A stretch of 64,000 nucleotides of DNA from Octopus vulgaris (taxonomy: Eukaryota), in the NCBI GenBank assembly GCA_951406725.2, contig OX597816.1, positions 83,080,001-83,144,000 of the forward strand. Direction: 5' to 3'. This document shows, piece after piece, positions 1 to 12,399 of this stretch. The position numbers and the translations under genes were made by a program. The stretch's first letter is position 1. Every line of letters starts with the position of its first letter. Under the pieces are notes generated by a model, which saw nothing but the letters and a program-made list of their open reading frames with translations, did not search any database and had not been told where the DNA came from.

Positions 1-227
1 TATTCCAAGATCTCTTTAAAGTTATCAATTTAAGTATCATTCTACTTCACCCCCAACCTTTTCTTCCCCTTCTTCTTATTTAAATTTACAAAGCGTATTT
101 TGTCATCTTTCCACTCGACAAGTCAACTCTGCTTATCATCACCACTGAAAATATACCCCAACAAACACAACCGTCACCATCACCACCTCCACCACCACAA
201 TCAGCAGTGATAACAACCATGAACAGC

Positions 228-300
<73 letters not shown>
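228..300. repeat. (AAT)n microsatellite
   Basis: Perfect AAT run; source of the poly-N/poly-L ORFs at 86-443. Confidence 0.97.
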
Positions 301-303
<3 letters not shown>

Positions 304-510
304 GAGCAAATGGTAGTAATGATAATAATAAAAATAACAACGGAGATAGAAAAATTAGGAAACAGCAGTTATTACTCAAATTACCCAGTTACATTAATGT
401 GTTCTATATTCCACCAAAATGGGAAATGCCAGCTGAAGAATAAACATACAAACACAATGAATTTTGGGAAGAGTGAGTGGTGGTGAAGAAAGAAGAGAAG
501 AATAATGTGA

Positions 511-600
<90 letters not shown>
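511..600. repeat. (ATCT)n microsatellite
   Basis: Perfect tetranucleotide run; similar runs at 39816-39903 and 50314-50401. Confidence 0.97.
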
Positions 601-788
601 CTGTGTGAGTGTGTGTAGTTGGTGTCAAAAGAATTTGAGAAGCTTCCGAGGAATTATTTATAGCTTTATGTGCTTCAAGATCCACCGTTCCAAACAAAAA
701 AAAAAAAGAAAGCTTTTTTGAAAGCTTTTAAAGCTTTTAAGGCATCAGCACTGAGTAAGTTTCTAAAATGGATATAGAAATTCGAAGG

Positions 789-860
789 ATTGCTTTTAGT
801 CTAGTAGTAGAACTGCTGTCAAGTCTACAGGAGATGTGGGTTCGTGTCCCACGGGCAGCT
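789..860 (+). pseudogene. tRNA-like cloverleaf (pseudo-tRNA or Pol III repeat head)
   Basis: A-box-like TAGTCTAGTAGT; anticodon-type stem CTGT/ACAG with 7-nt loop; perfect T arm GTGGG-TTCGTGT-CCCAC; weak, wobble-rich acceptor stem; no U33. Confidence 0.55.
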
Positions 861-1460
861 TTCGATGTTTTGTATCCAGAAAGGTTTTCTACAATTAATT
901 GTGCGCTTCAAGACCCACAGTAAAAAAAAATAGAAACCCCAAAACAAAGAATTATACACCTATCTATATAAATAACCTTTCTTAACAGGGTTAACTTAAA
1001 TGTTTCTTTGTAGATTAAATAAAATGACAAACATTCGATTTTCGAGTATTGTTGAATTCTTATCAGAAGTTTCTACATCAATTTGCCCAATCCCAGAGAA
1101 ATAAGCAGCATATCTGTTTACATACTCAACAATTACAGTGGCTTTACAAAACTGGGACTGCTAATTTGCATACTGTAAGTGTTAACACATTATTTTTCAA
1201 ATATTAGCAGCCTGTCAACTGGGATCTCAATCCCCACAGTATCAAGGTATGTAACCCATATAGTATCTATGTAACAGGGATAATTTAGCTGCTTCTCTAT
1301 AGACTGGAAAAATGATGAACAACCTTAATCGATTTTCTTTCTATATATGTGCGAACTGTTATGTTGTTAGACTGAAACAGAGAGTATATTTATGGAAAGC
1401 CCCTGCATGTGCCTTGATTCATAATATAGTCTGGTATTATACCCTCCAGTTCTGACTTTT

Positions 1461-1517
1461 GGTAACAACTATTGATAGTTGATAACAACTATTGATAGTT
1501 GGTAACAACTATTGATA
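1461..1517. repeat. 20-bp tandem repeat x3 (GRTAACAACTATTGATAGTT)
   Basis: Three head-to-tail copies read directly. Confidence 0.9.
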
Positions 1518-1581
1518 AAATTCTTGGATCCACTAAACAAAGATGGAAAAGATTAGACGGAAAGAAATACACACACACATG

Positions 1582-1615
<34 letters not shown>

Positions 1616-2354
1616 TACCTTCTGACTCACTCACAAGTATAAATCTATAAACATGCATATACATACAAAGTGGAACTTAAAATTTGGGTCGCAAGAAATT
1701 AATCTAAAAAAATATAAAACCAAAATGTAAATCACTCTCCATTACGCACAAATGAAATAACGAAAGAAATTTCGTATAAGAAAAGCGTGAAACATGATCC
1801 TGGTTGTGCTACTGATGGTATCATGATGGGGGTGTTGGCGCTGGTGCTGGTGTAGTGGTGGTATAAACAGTGGTGATAATGGTAAGATGGTCGACACATC
1901 TAAATACTTTAGATTTATCGGGCCATTATCATCTGTAAACACTGCTTGATAAATTTGTTGAAAACTTCATCCAATTAAGAGATGAAGTTAGGAAATAGTA
2001 AAACAAAAGGTAAAAAATTAAAATATATCAGTTTGAATTACTGATTTTTAAAAAAATTGAAAAAGAACGGAAAAATATGCTATGAAAATACGAAAAGAAA
2101 CCGAAAAACAATTCTAAAATGGGAAACTTGTAAAGTAACTCCTGATGAAATTGTGAGGAAAGAAGTTAAGCTTGATAAAAACTAACTCCATGAATTCATC
2201 TGTATTATGTGTGTGTATGTGTGTATTTGTATGCGTGTATGTATGTGTATATATATAAGTGTATATATTTGTGCGTGTATGTGTGTTTGTATGTATATGT
2301 GTGTCTATGTGCATATGTTTGTTTGCGTGTATGTATGTCTATATATGTAGATAG

Positions 2355-2528
2355 ATCGTTAGCTACTACACACATTTTTTTCTCTCCTTGTTTTTTCTGT
2401 GTACTTTTCTATAGAAGAGCGTAGACTCGAAACATAAAAGACTTTTACTATTCCTGAGCGCTATACTAATACATCTGTTTGTTTGTACACCACCTGCCTT
2501 CGTCTTTGTTTATTTTCGTAAACTTTCC

Positions 2529-2532
<4 letters not shown>
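2355..2532 (+). mobile_element. Probable Penelope-like pseudo-LTR 3' end abutting (TA)n
   Basis: Contains GAAGAG-CGTAGA-CTC-GAAAC, a hammerhead-like remnant, then a T-rich end running into (TA)n. Confidence 0.45.
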
Positions 2533-2595
<63 letters not shown>

Positions 2596-2609
2596 TGTGT
2601 GTGTGTATG

Positions 2610-2730
2610 TGTGGAGGCACGTGGCTTAGTGGTGATGTTGGACCCTTGATCGTGAGATTGTGGCTTAGATTCTTGGACCAGTAGGAAAACATTTCTTTTC
2701 ACGTTGCACTCGTCCACTTAGCTAACCAAA
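2610..2730 (+). mobile_element. tRNA-derived SINE head plus partial body (family C variant)
   Basis: GGAGGCACGTGGCTTAGTGG A-box; TTCACGTTGCACTCGTCCACT body shared with 49049-49376. Confidence 0.65.
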
Positions 2731-3060
2731 GATTAGTAATTCCACGACTCACCGGTATCCTGCCCAGAGGGTGGTGAACGTACGTCATAGAATCCCGGAG
2801 AGCGGCCTTATGGTCTTATAACTCGAAAATGATGTTTGATTCTTTTTTCATATAACTATATGTCTTGGATGAAGTTTTCATCATATTTGACAAGAGGTGT
2901 TCATAGACAATAAAGTCTTGATAAACCTAAAATATTTAGGTGTCCCGATTACTCTACTTCCACCACAATCACTATCACACAATATTCATCTCGGAGCTAG
3001 ACGAATATTGTCGCCACAGCGACTCATGCGAAAGACGGACATACATACATACATACATAT

Positions 3061-3091
<31 letters not shown>

Positions 3092-3151
3092 TACACACAC
3101 ATACATACATACAAACATACATACATACATACATACACACATACATACATA

Positions 3152-4786
3152 CAGTGTTCCCCGAAAATAAGACCCGCTCTTATATTAATTCTGCATCCCA
3201 AAAACACATTAGTGCTTATTTTCGGGCTATGCCATATAATTTTGCGGAACAATCTAAGAAAGACAAGGAAGTCTCATGTCCTCGTGTAAAAGGAAAAGAA
3301 TTGTAAAAAGGAAACATGTTTTTAGTTATCAAAAGTATATTTTATTCAAATACAACATTTCGTCCTCATCTGAAATATCGTCATAAATTATTAAACCCCG
3401 AAGTTCAAACTGAATTTCTTGCAAATCCATTTCCTGGGGAATCATGGACCCAATCTCTCATGCTTGGCAATATAACTTTCCTTAAATGAAAACCTTTTGT
3501 CCAAGTACCCTGCTCGTAGTGTATTGGCAACGCAACTGTCTGTAATTTTATTCTATGAATTCTTCACCCAACTCACGACTTCTTGGAGGTTGGGTTTGAC
3601 AAAGTTTCCTCGATGATTTCTCTCCATTTTATGTTCGATATATTCATTCACTTCCATCCGTAAATAATCTTTGAAGGGCTTGTTTATTACAAGATCTAAT
3701 GTTTGTAGATACGAAGTGATTCCTGTGGGAATCATTATGTGGTCAAGTTGTCTTTCAGAAAGAAGGTTTTCATATTTTTTGTGCGATGAGTACTGGCCGA
3801 ATCACAGACTAAAAGACCTCTCTGAGAACAATGTAAAACAAGTAGCATAATTAAATCAACCCATTTTCTTAAAATAACTTGTGTGCACCAAGCCTTTTCC
3901 GTTTCAAGGTTATAAATGCCCGAAACTCATTCTATTTTCTCTTTTTGCCATTTGTAATGACAACTGGTGGGACTTTTGTTCTATCAAGACGAATTGCTAA
4001 AATACAAGTAACTCTTGCACTTTCGTAACCCGTTGAGGCAACGTAGATTGACGAGGCACTTGACTGTTCAATCGTCGTTTTAGATCCTTGGCCCGTAACT
4101 TCTGTAGTTTCATCCATAGCAATTATATTGGAGAGATTGTATTTAGAAAAATCGATGCCGTCAACGAAGGACTTGAATGAAAGTGCACGTTGAATCACTT
4201 CAGCATCCTCCAGCTTGAACAGTGTTGTCGATCTTCTTAGAGAGAGCTCAAATCGCCGAAGAAAGTTAACCAATGACGTGATGTTTTCAATATCTCTGGG
4301 GGTATATCTAATTGTGGTGCCATTGCAAGAAAAAATTCTTGAATATCAGTCCTGTTTACAACCAAAGCCTTTGTTTTTCTTTCAGCAATCCATCCCGAGG
4401 TAATATGTACCAGCTCCGAAAATAACGGTTGTCGACCTGATCCACATTTGCGCTTCTTGGCACTTCCTTCATCCATCTGTCTGCTGAGATTATATTACTC
4501 TGCTCGGCATTTTCGAACCGTTCAGAGATACAAGATCTTACAGAAAGATTCTTGTTGCGTGACTCTTCCACAATTCCTTTCTTGTACTCCACGGAATAAT
4601 TTTTTCTTTTTGCACTCATCTTGCCTGGGGGACAAGGGAGTCAAACCAAGGGTGTCAGCTCCGTGCATGCGCGCTTAGCGCAGACTGTAACTAAGCAGCG
4701 GTTGTTGGTTTATTTTTCAAACATCATGTAGTCTTGCTAACAAGGTGATGCATTTTTGACTAGGTCTTATTTTCAGGGAAATACGG
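3152..4786 (-). mobile_element. pogo/Tigger-family DNA transposon, full length, decayed transposase
   Basis: TIRs CAGTGTTCCCCGAAAATAAGACC (3152) and GGTCTTATTTTCAGGGAAATACGG (4763-4786), TA on both sides. Frameshifted ORFs: MSAKRKNYSVEYK (HTH), CENP-B-type HTH, IIAMDET (first D), IPTGITSYLQTLDLVINKPFK (DDE_1 motif). Confidence 0.92.
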
Positions 4787-4917
4787 TATATATATATATA
4801 CTCATCATCCATTTATAGATTTTCTTCAATTTCTCCATTATACAAATATACATACATGTACATGTATACACACACAACAAAATACATTCTTTCTGTCTTT
4901 CTGTCTGTCTGTCTGTC

Positions 4918-4977
<60 letters not shown>

Positions 4978-4980
<3 letters not shown>

Positions 4981-5259
4981 AGGCGCAATGTCCCAGTGGT
5001 TAGGGCAGCGGACTCGCGGTTTCGATTCCCAGACCGGGCGTTGTGAGTGTTTATTGAGCAAAAACACCGAAAAGCTCCACGACGCTCTGGCAGGGGGTGG
5101 TGATCCCTGCTGTACTCTTTCACCACTCTTTCTCCCACTCTTTCTTCTGTTGGCCTGCTCGCTTAGCCAGCGGGGTGGCGTCATTCGAAGGCTAAAACAA
5201 TGCGAACGCATTGTGACCAGCGATGTGTAACTACATCTGATGGACTGGTCGGTCACGTG

Positions 5260-5260
<1 letters not shown>
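4978..5260 (+). mobile_element. tRNA-derived SINE (family C) in (TA)n
   Basis: GGAGGCGCAATGTCCCAGTGGTTAGG A-box, GTTTCGATTCC B-box; head and body shared with 19494-19680. Confidence 0.8.
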
Positions 5261-5302
<42 letters not shown>

Positions 5303-5429
5303 CATCTTCTTTGTATCTTACAATACACATTTCGAGGCTTAAAAAAAAACAAATGTTAGGTTGCTTATATTTATATACACGTGTATATAAATATAAGCAA
5401 ACTAACATATATATGTTATATGTGCCCCA

Positions 5430-5471
<42 letters not shown>

Positions 5472-6046
5472 GGTACACAGAAGACAGTTAACTCGGTACA
5501 AGTAGAATTTATATATATGTATGTATATATATAAGAAGTTATTTACTCACATTGTCGCTACTCATTGTTTCCTGTAACACAAAATACCATACTATGCCAT
5601 ATCACAGCACACTACACCATACCGTATCACATCTCATCACAATTCATCACATCTCATCTCATAACATCATGTCATACAAAAGTATACTTCAGAGCAATAA
5701 TAATTATTCTATGGTTGGTTGTTAAAGCGTTCAGCTGACACGGCAAGTACATTTTATGTATTTTTATTGGTTACGTTGAATCATGGATTCACAAAATCGT
5801 AGAATTATTATTGCATTCGTAGAATAATAATTGAATGGCAAGAATTCCATAAAACCAGTGTGCCTACACTGATGCGAGCAAGCATACACAAAAATATATG
5901 TTGCTTGTATATATGTATATGTATACAAACAAACATACACATACATACTCACACAAACACACATACATTTACATAGGTATAAGTATGGATATATATATGT
6001 ATGTATGTATGCAAGTATGTGTGTAGGTATTTATGTATGTGTATGC

Positions 6047-6094
<48 letters not shown>

Positions 6095-6096
<2 letters not shown>

Positions 6097-6327
6097 GAGT
6101 AAACACATAAATGTGAAACAAGGTGGAAAAAAGAGTACTCAAATACCAGTGGTAGAGTAATATGCTTTATTTAAAGCAGCAGAAAATTCAACAAAACCTG
6201 TTACTTTAAGTTTCACGTTGACGTTCATCGGACAGTTTTTGCTATTCAAGCAAAACTGTCCGATGAACGGCAACGTGAAACTCAGAGTAACAGGTTTTGT
6301 TGAATTTTCTGCTGCTTTAAATAAAGT

Positions 6328-6330
<3 letters not shown>
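6095..6330 (-). mobile_element. Fold-back PLE pseudo-LTR insertion in (TA)n
   Basis: Inverted arms 6161-6242 and 6250-6330, unpaired tail 6095-6160, (TA)n both sides; contains a hammerhead motif and AATAAA. Confidence 0.8.
6251..6299 (+). ncRNA. Type I hammerhead ribozyme, variant core
   Basis: Stem I CTGT/ACAG extended by CAAAA/TTTTG; core CCGATGA; stem II ACG-GCAA-CGT; GAAA; stem III ACTC-A-GAGT; GUA triplet at 6287-6289. A more mutated mirror copy is on the minus strand at about 6190-6242. Confidence 0.7.
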
Positions 6331-6392
<62 letters not shown>

Positions 6393-6445
6393 TAGATATA
6401 TATATACATATATATATACATATATACAAATATATATATTAAAAA

Positions 6446-6588
6446 GCGCAGGCGTGGCTGTGTGGTAAGAAACTTGCTTCTCAACCAACACAGTTCCGAG
6501 TTCTGCGCAAGTGTCTTCTACTATAGCCTGGGGAGGACGAAAGCCTTGTGAGTGGATTTGCAAGATGGAAGCTGAAAGAAGCTCGTCG

Positions 6589-6625
<37 letters not shown>

Positions 6626-6811
6626 GCGTGTCCACCATCGCCTGACAACCGATGTTGGTGTTTTGCGTCCCTGGAATCTAGCGGTTCGGCAAAAGAGCCC
6701 GTTAGAATAAGTACTAGGCTTACAAAGAATAAGTCCTGGGGTCGATTTGCTTGACTAAAGGCGGTATTCCAGCGTGCGCGCAGTTAAATGACTGAAACAG
6801 GTAAAAGAATA
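6446..6811 (+). mobile_element. tRNA-derived SINE family A (internal TA/TG microsatellite)
   Basis: GCGTGGCTGTGTGGTAAGAA head, GCCTTGTGAGTGGATTTG body, GACTGAAACAGGTAAAAGA tail; multiple copies in window. Confidence 0.88.
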
Positions 6812-7021
6812 AAAAAAAAAAATAGATATATAAACGATGTTTTGTGAGTGAACAGGTCGCAGTTTGAAAGCGACAAAAATATTTTGACATAAATGAAATT
6901 TAAATTTTGAAGTAAATTAACGATTTTTTCGTATTCTTAAATGGCCCATGAACATCTTCCACGCTGCAATTGCGTTTGTTTCAGCATACGATCAAGTCAC
7001 TTGCTTTGCAAGTACATCTCC

Positions 7022-7095
<74 letters not shown>

Positions 7096-7614
7096 TTTTT
7101 CTTTTTTTTTACTATACATGTATATGAATACACACACACACACACAAATATGTATGTATGTGTGCACACAAGCACATGTATTTCATATTCTGTAGTAGAA
7201 ATGATGATTAACAAATCGTTAACGGCAAATATCGTGTTTTATTATAATGTTTTTATTAGGAGGGGAGGAATTTCGGCATAAAATTCCAGTGGTATGAGTA
7301 CGAACTCATGAACCAGACACGGTTGAAGGCAAATGTTAGCTGGTATTCAATAAGAAAGTAATTACAATAAAGATAAAAAACGGCATATACTCACACACCT
7401 ACACACACACACAGACACACACACAGACACAGACACACACACAGACAGACAGACACACACACACATGCGCTCACATTTAAGGGCTCTATGCTTTTGTTTG
7501 AACTATAACGCAACAAGCACTATTAAGGGCAATATAATCTATGAATCTGTTTAGGGTTGATGTAATTATTTATTAAACTGACCCTACAGACGGAAGTAAG
7601 GATTTACTTTCTAC

Positions 7615-7616
<2 letters not shown>

Positions 7617-7694
<78 letters not shown>

Positions 7695-7862
7695 GTCTGC
7701 CTGTCTGTCTGCCTGTCTGTCTGCCTGTCTGTCTGCCTGTCTGTCTGCCTGTCTGTCTATCCGTCCGTCTGTCCGTCCGTCCGTCTGTCCGTCCGTCCGT
7801 CCGTCTGTCTGTCTGTCTGTCTGTCCGTCCGTCTGTCTGTCTGTCAGTCTGTCAGTCTGTCA
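7617..7862. repeat. Compound tetranucleotide array (ATCT)n-(GTCT/GCCT)n-(GTCC)n
   Basis: Read directly; the motif changes stepwise along the array. Confidence 0.95.
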
Positions 7863-7906
7863 CAGCTCTCGTTGTCAAAGTTTGATGCCAGTTCTTCTAA
7901 AATCTT

Positions 7907-7948
<42 letters not shown>

Positions 7949-7974
7949 TCACATATATAACTATATATCTTTCC

Positions 7975-8780
7975 AGCCTGAAGACTCAGAGTTTTCAATT
8001 GTTCCAGTACTTAATCAGCTCGACCAACATACTTATAGAACCAGCAGAGATTCCTGTCTTCTTTTTCAGATAATCTCAGAAACCACCATGCCAATCGCTT
8101 GCACATTGTTGTTTTTTTTATAATTTGAAGCGATGCTTCATTTCTCATCTTAATCCCTATGTCATACACTTATTATGACTCTGCGATTCTCTCCAGCTCT
8201 AGTGTATCCTAGTTGCAAAATGTAATCAGTCTGCCAGCATTAAATTGCATGTTGTTTTCCTCAGTGCATTTGAATATTACAATGAGATATTTCAGGACGT
8301 TTTGCCGTCATCGGAGCTCTTGGTTGCCTTTCATATTTTTATATCATTAGCATAACTAATGAGAGTGACTGTTCGTATAACTTAGGTAACCATCTTAAGC
8401 TATAATGGCCCCGTTGGCTGTAATAACTTCAATCCCGTCTAGTGAAAGGTCATGCAGCCATTTTTCGAGTTTTCGAACTAAGCTAAAGATCATGTAGTTT
8501 GCGATAGATTATGCTGAAATCGTAATGCCGTGATCTATCATATTCACACTTGAATGGCTGAGCGGCCAAAGTTTCGTGGTGCAGAACATATTCACATTAT
8601 CAGATGTTCGGAATAAGAATAGAGAGAAAATATTTAAATATAATTTAAAATAACCACTAGATGAAAGTATTTAAATCTTCATTGGTCAGTATAGATCACG
8701 TGAATGTTATAACTATCTAGTGAAATCCTTTCTTACATTCCATACTCCATCAGTTCTTTCACAGCATATGCTAAGGCATA
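7975..8780 (-). mobile_element. Old, heavily decayed CR1/L2-group LINE RT fragment
   Basis: Minus-strand translation gives IIYRKLHDL..KLEKWLHD, ISYANDIK, EENNMQFNAG, YDIGIKMRNEAS, CKRLAWWFLR, collinear with the RT at 15360-15910. Confidence 0.7.
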
Positions 8781-9787
8781 CTGAACGACGTTGGCATCAG
8801 TTAGTCGGTATTCTGTAGAGCATAGCTTCCCAAAATGGGCGATATTGCCCACCAGTGGGCGATTTCAACTTACAGGTGGCTGGTGGATAAATTTCTAGAA
8901 AATAGTGTGCGATATGAACATTTTGTGGGTGACAAAGAATTTTTATACATTAATTCTGCATTTACTTGTATCTAGTCATGCCTAGAATAAGGGTGCACTT
9001 TTATCGATTTAACTACCGAATACTCCAAACTGGTAGAGTAATCCGTTTGAGGTCGATGTACTCGATTGCGTCTGGGTTTTATTTTTTTTTACACAGGTGG
9101 GTGATGGAGCATTTGTTGGCTGATAGGTAGACGATATTGCAATTTCGCAATACAGTGTAGAGTATAACATTTCAGCGACAACAGCTATCGCGTACAGAGG
9201 TAACCAGTTCGCTGGTGTCGGGTTACATATGAATTTGTGCCTGCCAGAAGCTGTAATATTCCTATAGACACCAGAGATCATATTCCCAGTACTTGTGCGT
9301 GGGTCAGCTAGACGGGATTATTTTTTAGGTTAACAAAGGTTTGAAGTTAATGAACAGAGCGTATCTCTAATGAGAGCAATAGAATAGATCGGATATTCTT
9401 TTAGTGGATTCTGCAAGATTGTGACGTATAGCTACTTCCACTTGACGTCAGAATCAGCAAATACGAGTAAGGCAGAAACTGATAAATATGCTTCGTGTAA
9501 TTTTGGAGCAGTCGATTCGATGGCCTATGTGTTCAAGCAGGACTATGTGTTGAAGTTTGCTCTGCCCTTACACCCGAAGGAGTACATATGTTACGTAGAA
9601 CTTCTTTTGAGGAAAGCTGAGCTGACCAATAGAGGTTTAAAGTCTCCCACATAGGTGCTATTTTAAATTTCTTTTAAATTCTGTTCATTGTTACTCCGAA
9701 AATCTGATGATGTGGACCTGTTTTGTGTCAATGAAACTTTAAGTATTCTGGAGCTTAATCAGCTTCTTATTAAATATATACATATAT

Positions 9788-10181
9788 AGGTGTGGCTGTG
9801 TGGTAAGAACCTTGCTTCCCAACCACATGGTTCTGGGTTCAGTCCCACTATATGGTACCTCGAGCAAGCGTCTTCTGCTATAGCTCTGGGCCGACCAAAG
9901 CATTGTGAGTGGATTTAGTAGACGGAAACTGAAAGAAGCCTGTCGTGTATATGTATCTATATGCGTTTGCGTGTTTGTGTTTGTCCCTCCACCATCGCTT
10001 GCCAACCGATGTTGGTGTGTTTAAGTCCCAGTAACATTAGCGGTTCGGCAAGAGACTGATAGAATAAGTACTAGGCTTACAAAGAATAAGTCCTGGGGTC
10101 GATTTGTTCGACTAAAGGTGGGGCTCCAGCATGGCCGCTGTCAAATGACTGAAACAAGTAAAAGAAGGATAAAAGAAGAAT
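9788..10181 (+). mobile_element. SINE family A, full length
   Basis: Same head, body and tail as 6446-6811. Confidence 0.9.
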
Positions 10182-10233
10182 ACAACTTTAAATGAGTGAG
10201 ATGAATGGTACTGTCTTTCATTTGTTCATCCAG

Positions 10234-10289
<56 letters not shown>

Positions 10290-10329
10290 GTGTATTTTAT
10301 GTTCTTCTGTATCTCTTTAATTCAGAGTA

Positions 10330-11100
10330 AATTCTGACCGTCCGTCTTCTTGGTGGCAAGGTTGTGAAGGAAAACATCTTGCTTTGTTGATCAGCGTTTA
10401 AATCTTGAGATGGTCTTGCAGATTCTTATAGTCCTAGATATCACGATCATTTATAGTGTATGAATTAAGGATTTGAGTTCTTTCTTCAAGAACTCAGGTT
10501 CAGCCATACCTTGCTCCAGACGGGTTGGTATACATCCTGTTGCTCCAATATTGATAGGTATGAAACCCGAAGGGTATCTGGGGTAATGGATTTGCCAACT
10601 CTTTATCAATGGTCCATAGATAACCTCTTTCTGTTGTATTTTTGTAACCACATTAGTCTCCAGAGGATAGCATATTTCCACAACAGAACACATCATTTCC
10701 TTATGGTCTCACACAATATCTGGGCAGTTGTATTTTAATTTGGTGTCTGTTTTAATTTTTAAGTTCCACCAATATACTTTCGATCCATCGGTTCCAATAT
10801 GGCCAACTTCGTCTGTATTTGTTTTCATTTTTGTTACCTGTTCCACACCGCTCTGGTCACCGCATTTTGCTTCATGGAAAGACTGGAAGCCATTCTCTCG
10901 CAGTTGGCAATAATGTGGTCTTCAGTCTTGGTCTTGCACAGCTTATATTTGTTGTCTGCCTGTTATACTGTAGGTTCTTGGTGGGGACCTCTTCTTGAAT
11001 TTCATGGAGGTAGCCATCAAAGTCGGATGTCATAATCTTGTCGGTACTCTATGCCAAGCTTTTAACATGATCAAACTCTTCTATGTTTTGCGTTTTTCGT
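10330..11100 (-). mobile_element. R4/Dong-like (restriction-like endonuclease) LINE 3' end
   Basis: Minus translation: KLCKTKTEDHIIANC (CCHC remnant), WWNLKIKTDTKLKYNCPDIV, VVEICYP..N...K..QK..Y..L, IPINIGATG, matching the PD-(D/E)xK RLE domain. Confidence 0.8.
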
Positions 11101-12190
11101 GCCAAGTACCTATGTACTATCATTTCAGTGAACTACTCCATTTTTTTCATTTCGCTCTTCTTTATGTATGTATGTATGTATGTATGTATGTATGTATGTA
11201 TGTATGTATGTATGTATGTATGTATGTGTGTGTGTATGTTTGTGTCTGTGTATGTACACACACACGCGCACATACACATACACACACACGCACACTCTTA
11301 TACGCATGCGCGTGCATATCCGTTCGGATGTATAATAGAATATTTAAAGAAAGTGAAACGTGTTGAAACAAAGAATTCTTACTTGAAAGAGAATAATTCT
11401 TTCTCATACACGAATCTTTGTATTTGTAGGTTCCTCTTTGTTTAAAAATGTAAGCATATATTCGACCTTCAATCGCAGGTGAACCAAGTAAATTAAATTT
11501 TATATACACTCATACGGACACACACGTATCACATGCACATATGCGTGTGAGCAATTCTGAACACACACACACACGCACACACACACGCACACACACACGC
11601 ACACACACACACACATATGTATGTATCATATATATACACACATATATATATAATTATGTGTGCGTGTGTATGTGTGTGCATAATATATACACATGCATAT
11701 ATTTTACACATAATTCTGCAAATATCTATGTATGTACACATGTACGGTTGCATGTATGTGTGCATGTAGTACTGATGCAGATAGCGCAATCATGTGTGGA
11801 GATGAATAAAAACTACACAAAGCTGACTCAGCTCGCTTCGTTCTAAGTGGAATCCGAACTTCTCATCTTATTTATTTATCACTATTTACTGTTACTGTTT
11901 ATTTCTTCACCACTTCAATCCTGCATTGGGGAACATTTCTCATTACGAAATATCAACTAGTTAAGCTTTTCGCTCTGTATCTGGAACCAATGGAAAGACG
12001 TATTGCTAAGTTAGTCTTAGTCTTACTACATTTAATACAGGGGTGGGGTTTCGTTAAAACGTTATGTTGCAATACAATGCACACACAAAGAAATATTGGT
12101 CTTTGATTCAGCTACATGAGAGATGAACCAAACGAAAGTATTTGGAAAATATTGGTACCAGATTTCGTTTGGTTAAAAAAATGTGCATAT

Positions 12191-12361
12191 AGGTGCAGAG
12201 ACATGGCTGTGTAGTTAAGATGCTCACTTTGCAACCATATGGTTTCGGTTTCATCTCCACTGCATGGTTCCGTGAGTAAGTGCTTTTTGTAAAATGGCCC
12301 CTGGCCGACCAATGTTTTGTGAGTGAATTTTGGTAGACAGAATCTGTGAAAATCTGTCGTG

Positions 12362-12362
<1 letters not shown>
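12191..12362 (+). mobile_element. SINE family A, 5' half, diverged
   Basis: Head and body up to the internal (TA)n, which hosts the 12392 palindrome. Confidence 0.75.

Positions 12363-12391
<29 letters not shown>

Positions 12392-12399
<8 letters not shown>

Noticed and set aside
789-860. Functional tRNA gene
   Set aside because: Poor acceptor stem, no U33 or purine 37; SINE heads elsewhere are likewise only tRNA-derived.
1461-1517. CRISPR-like short repeats (also 61480-61564)
   Set aside because: Head-to-tail minisatellites without spacers; eukaryotic context; no cas genes.
9009-9654. Non-repetitive ORFs as possible host exons
   Set aside because: No recognisable domain or convincing splice-bounded frame; a hAT-like terminus near 8821 suggests transposon debris.
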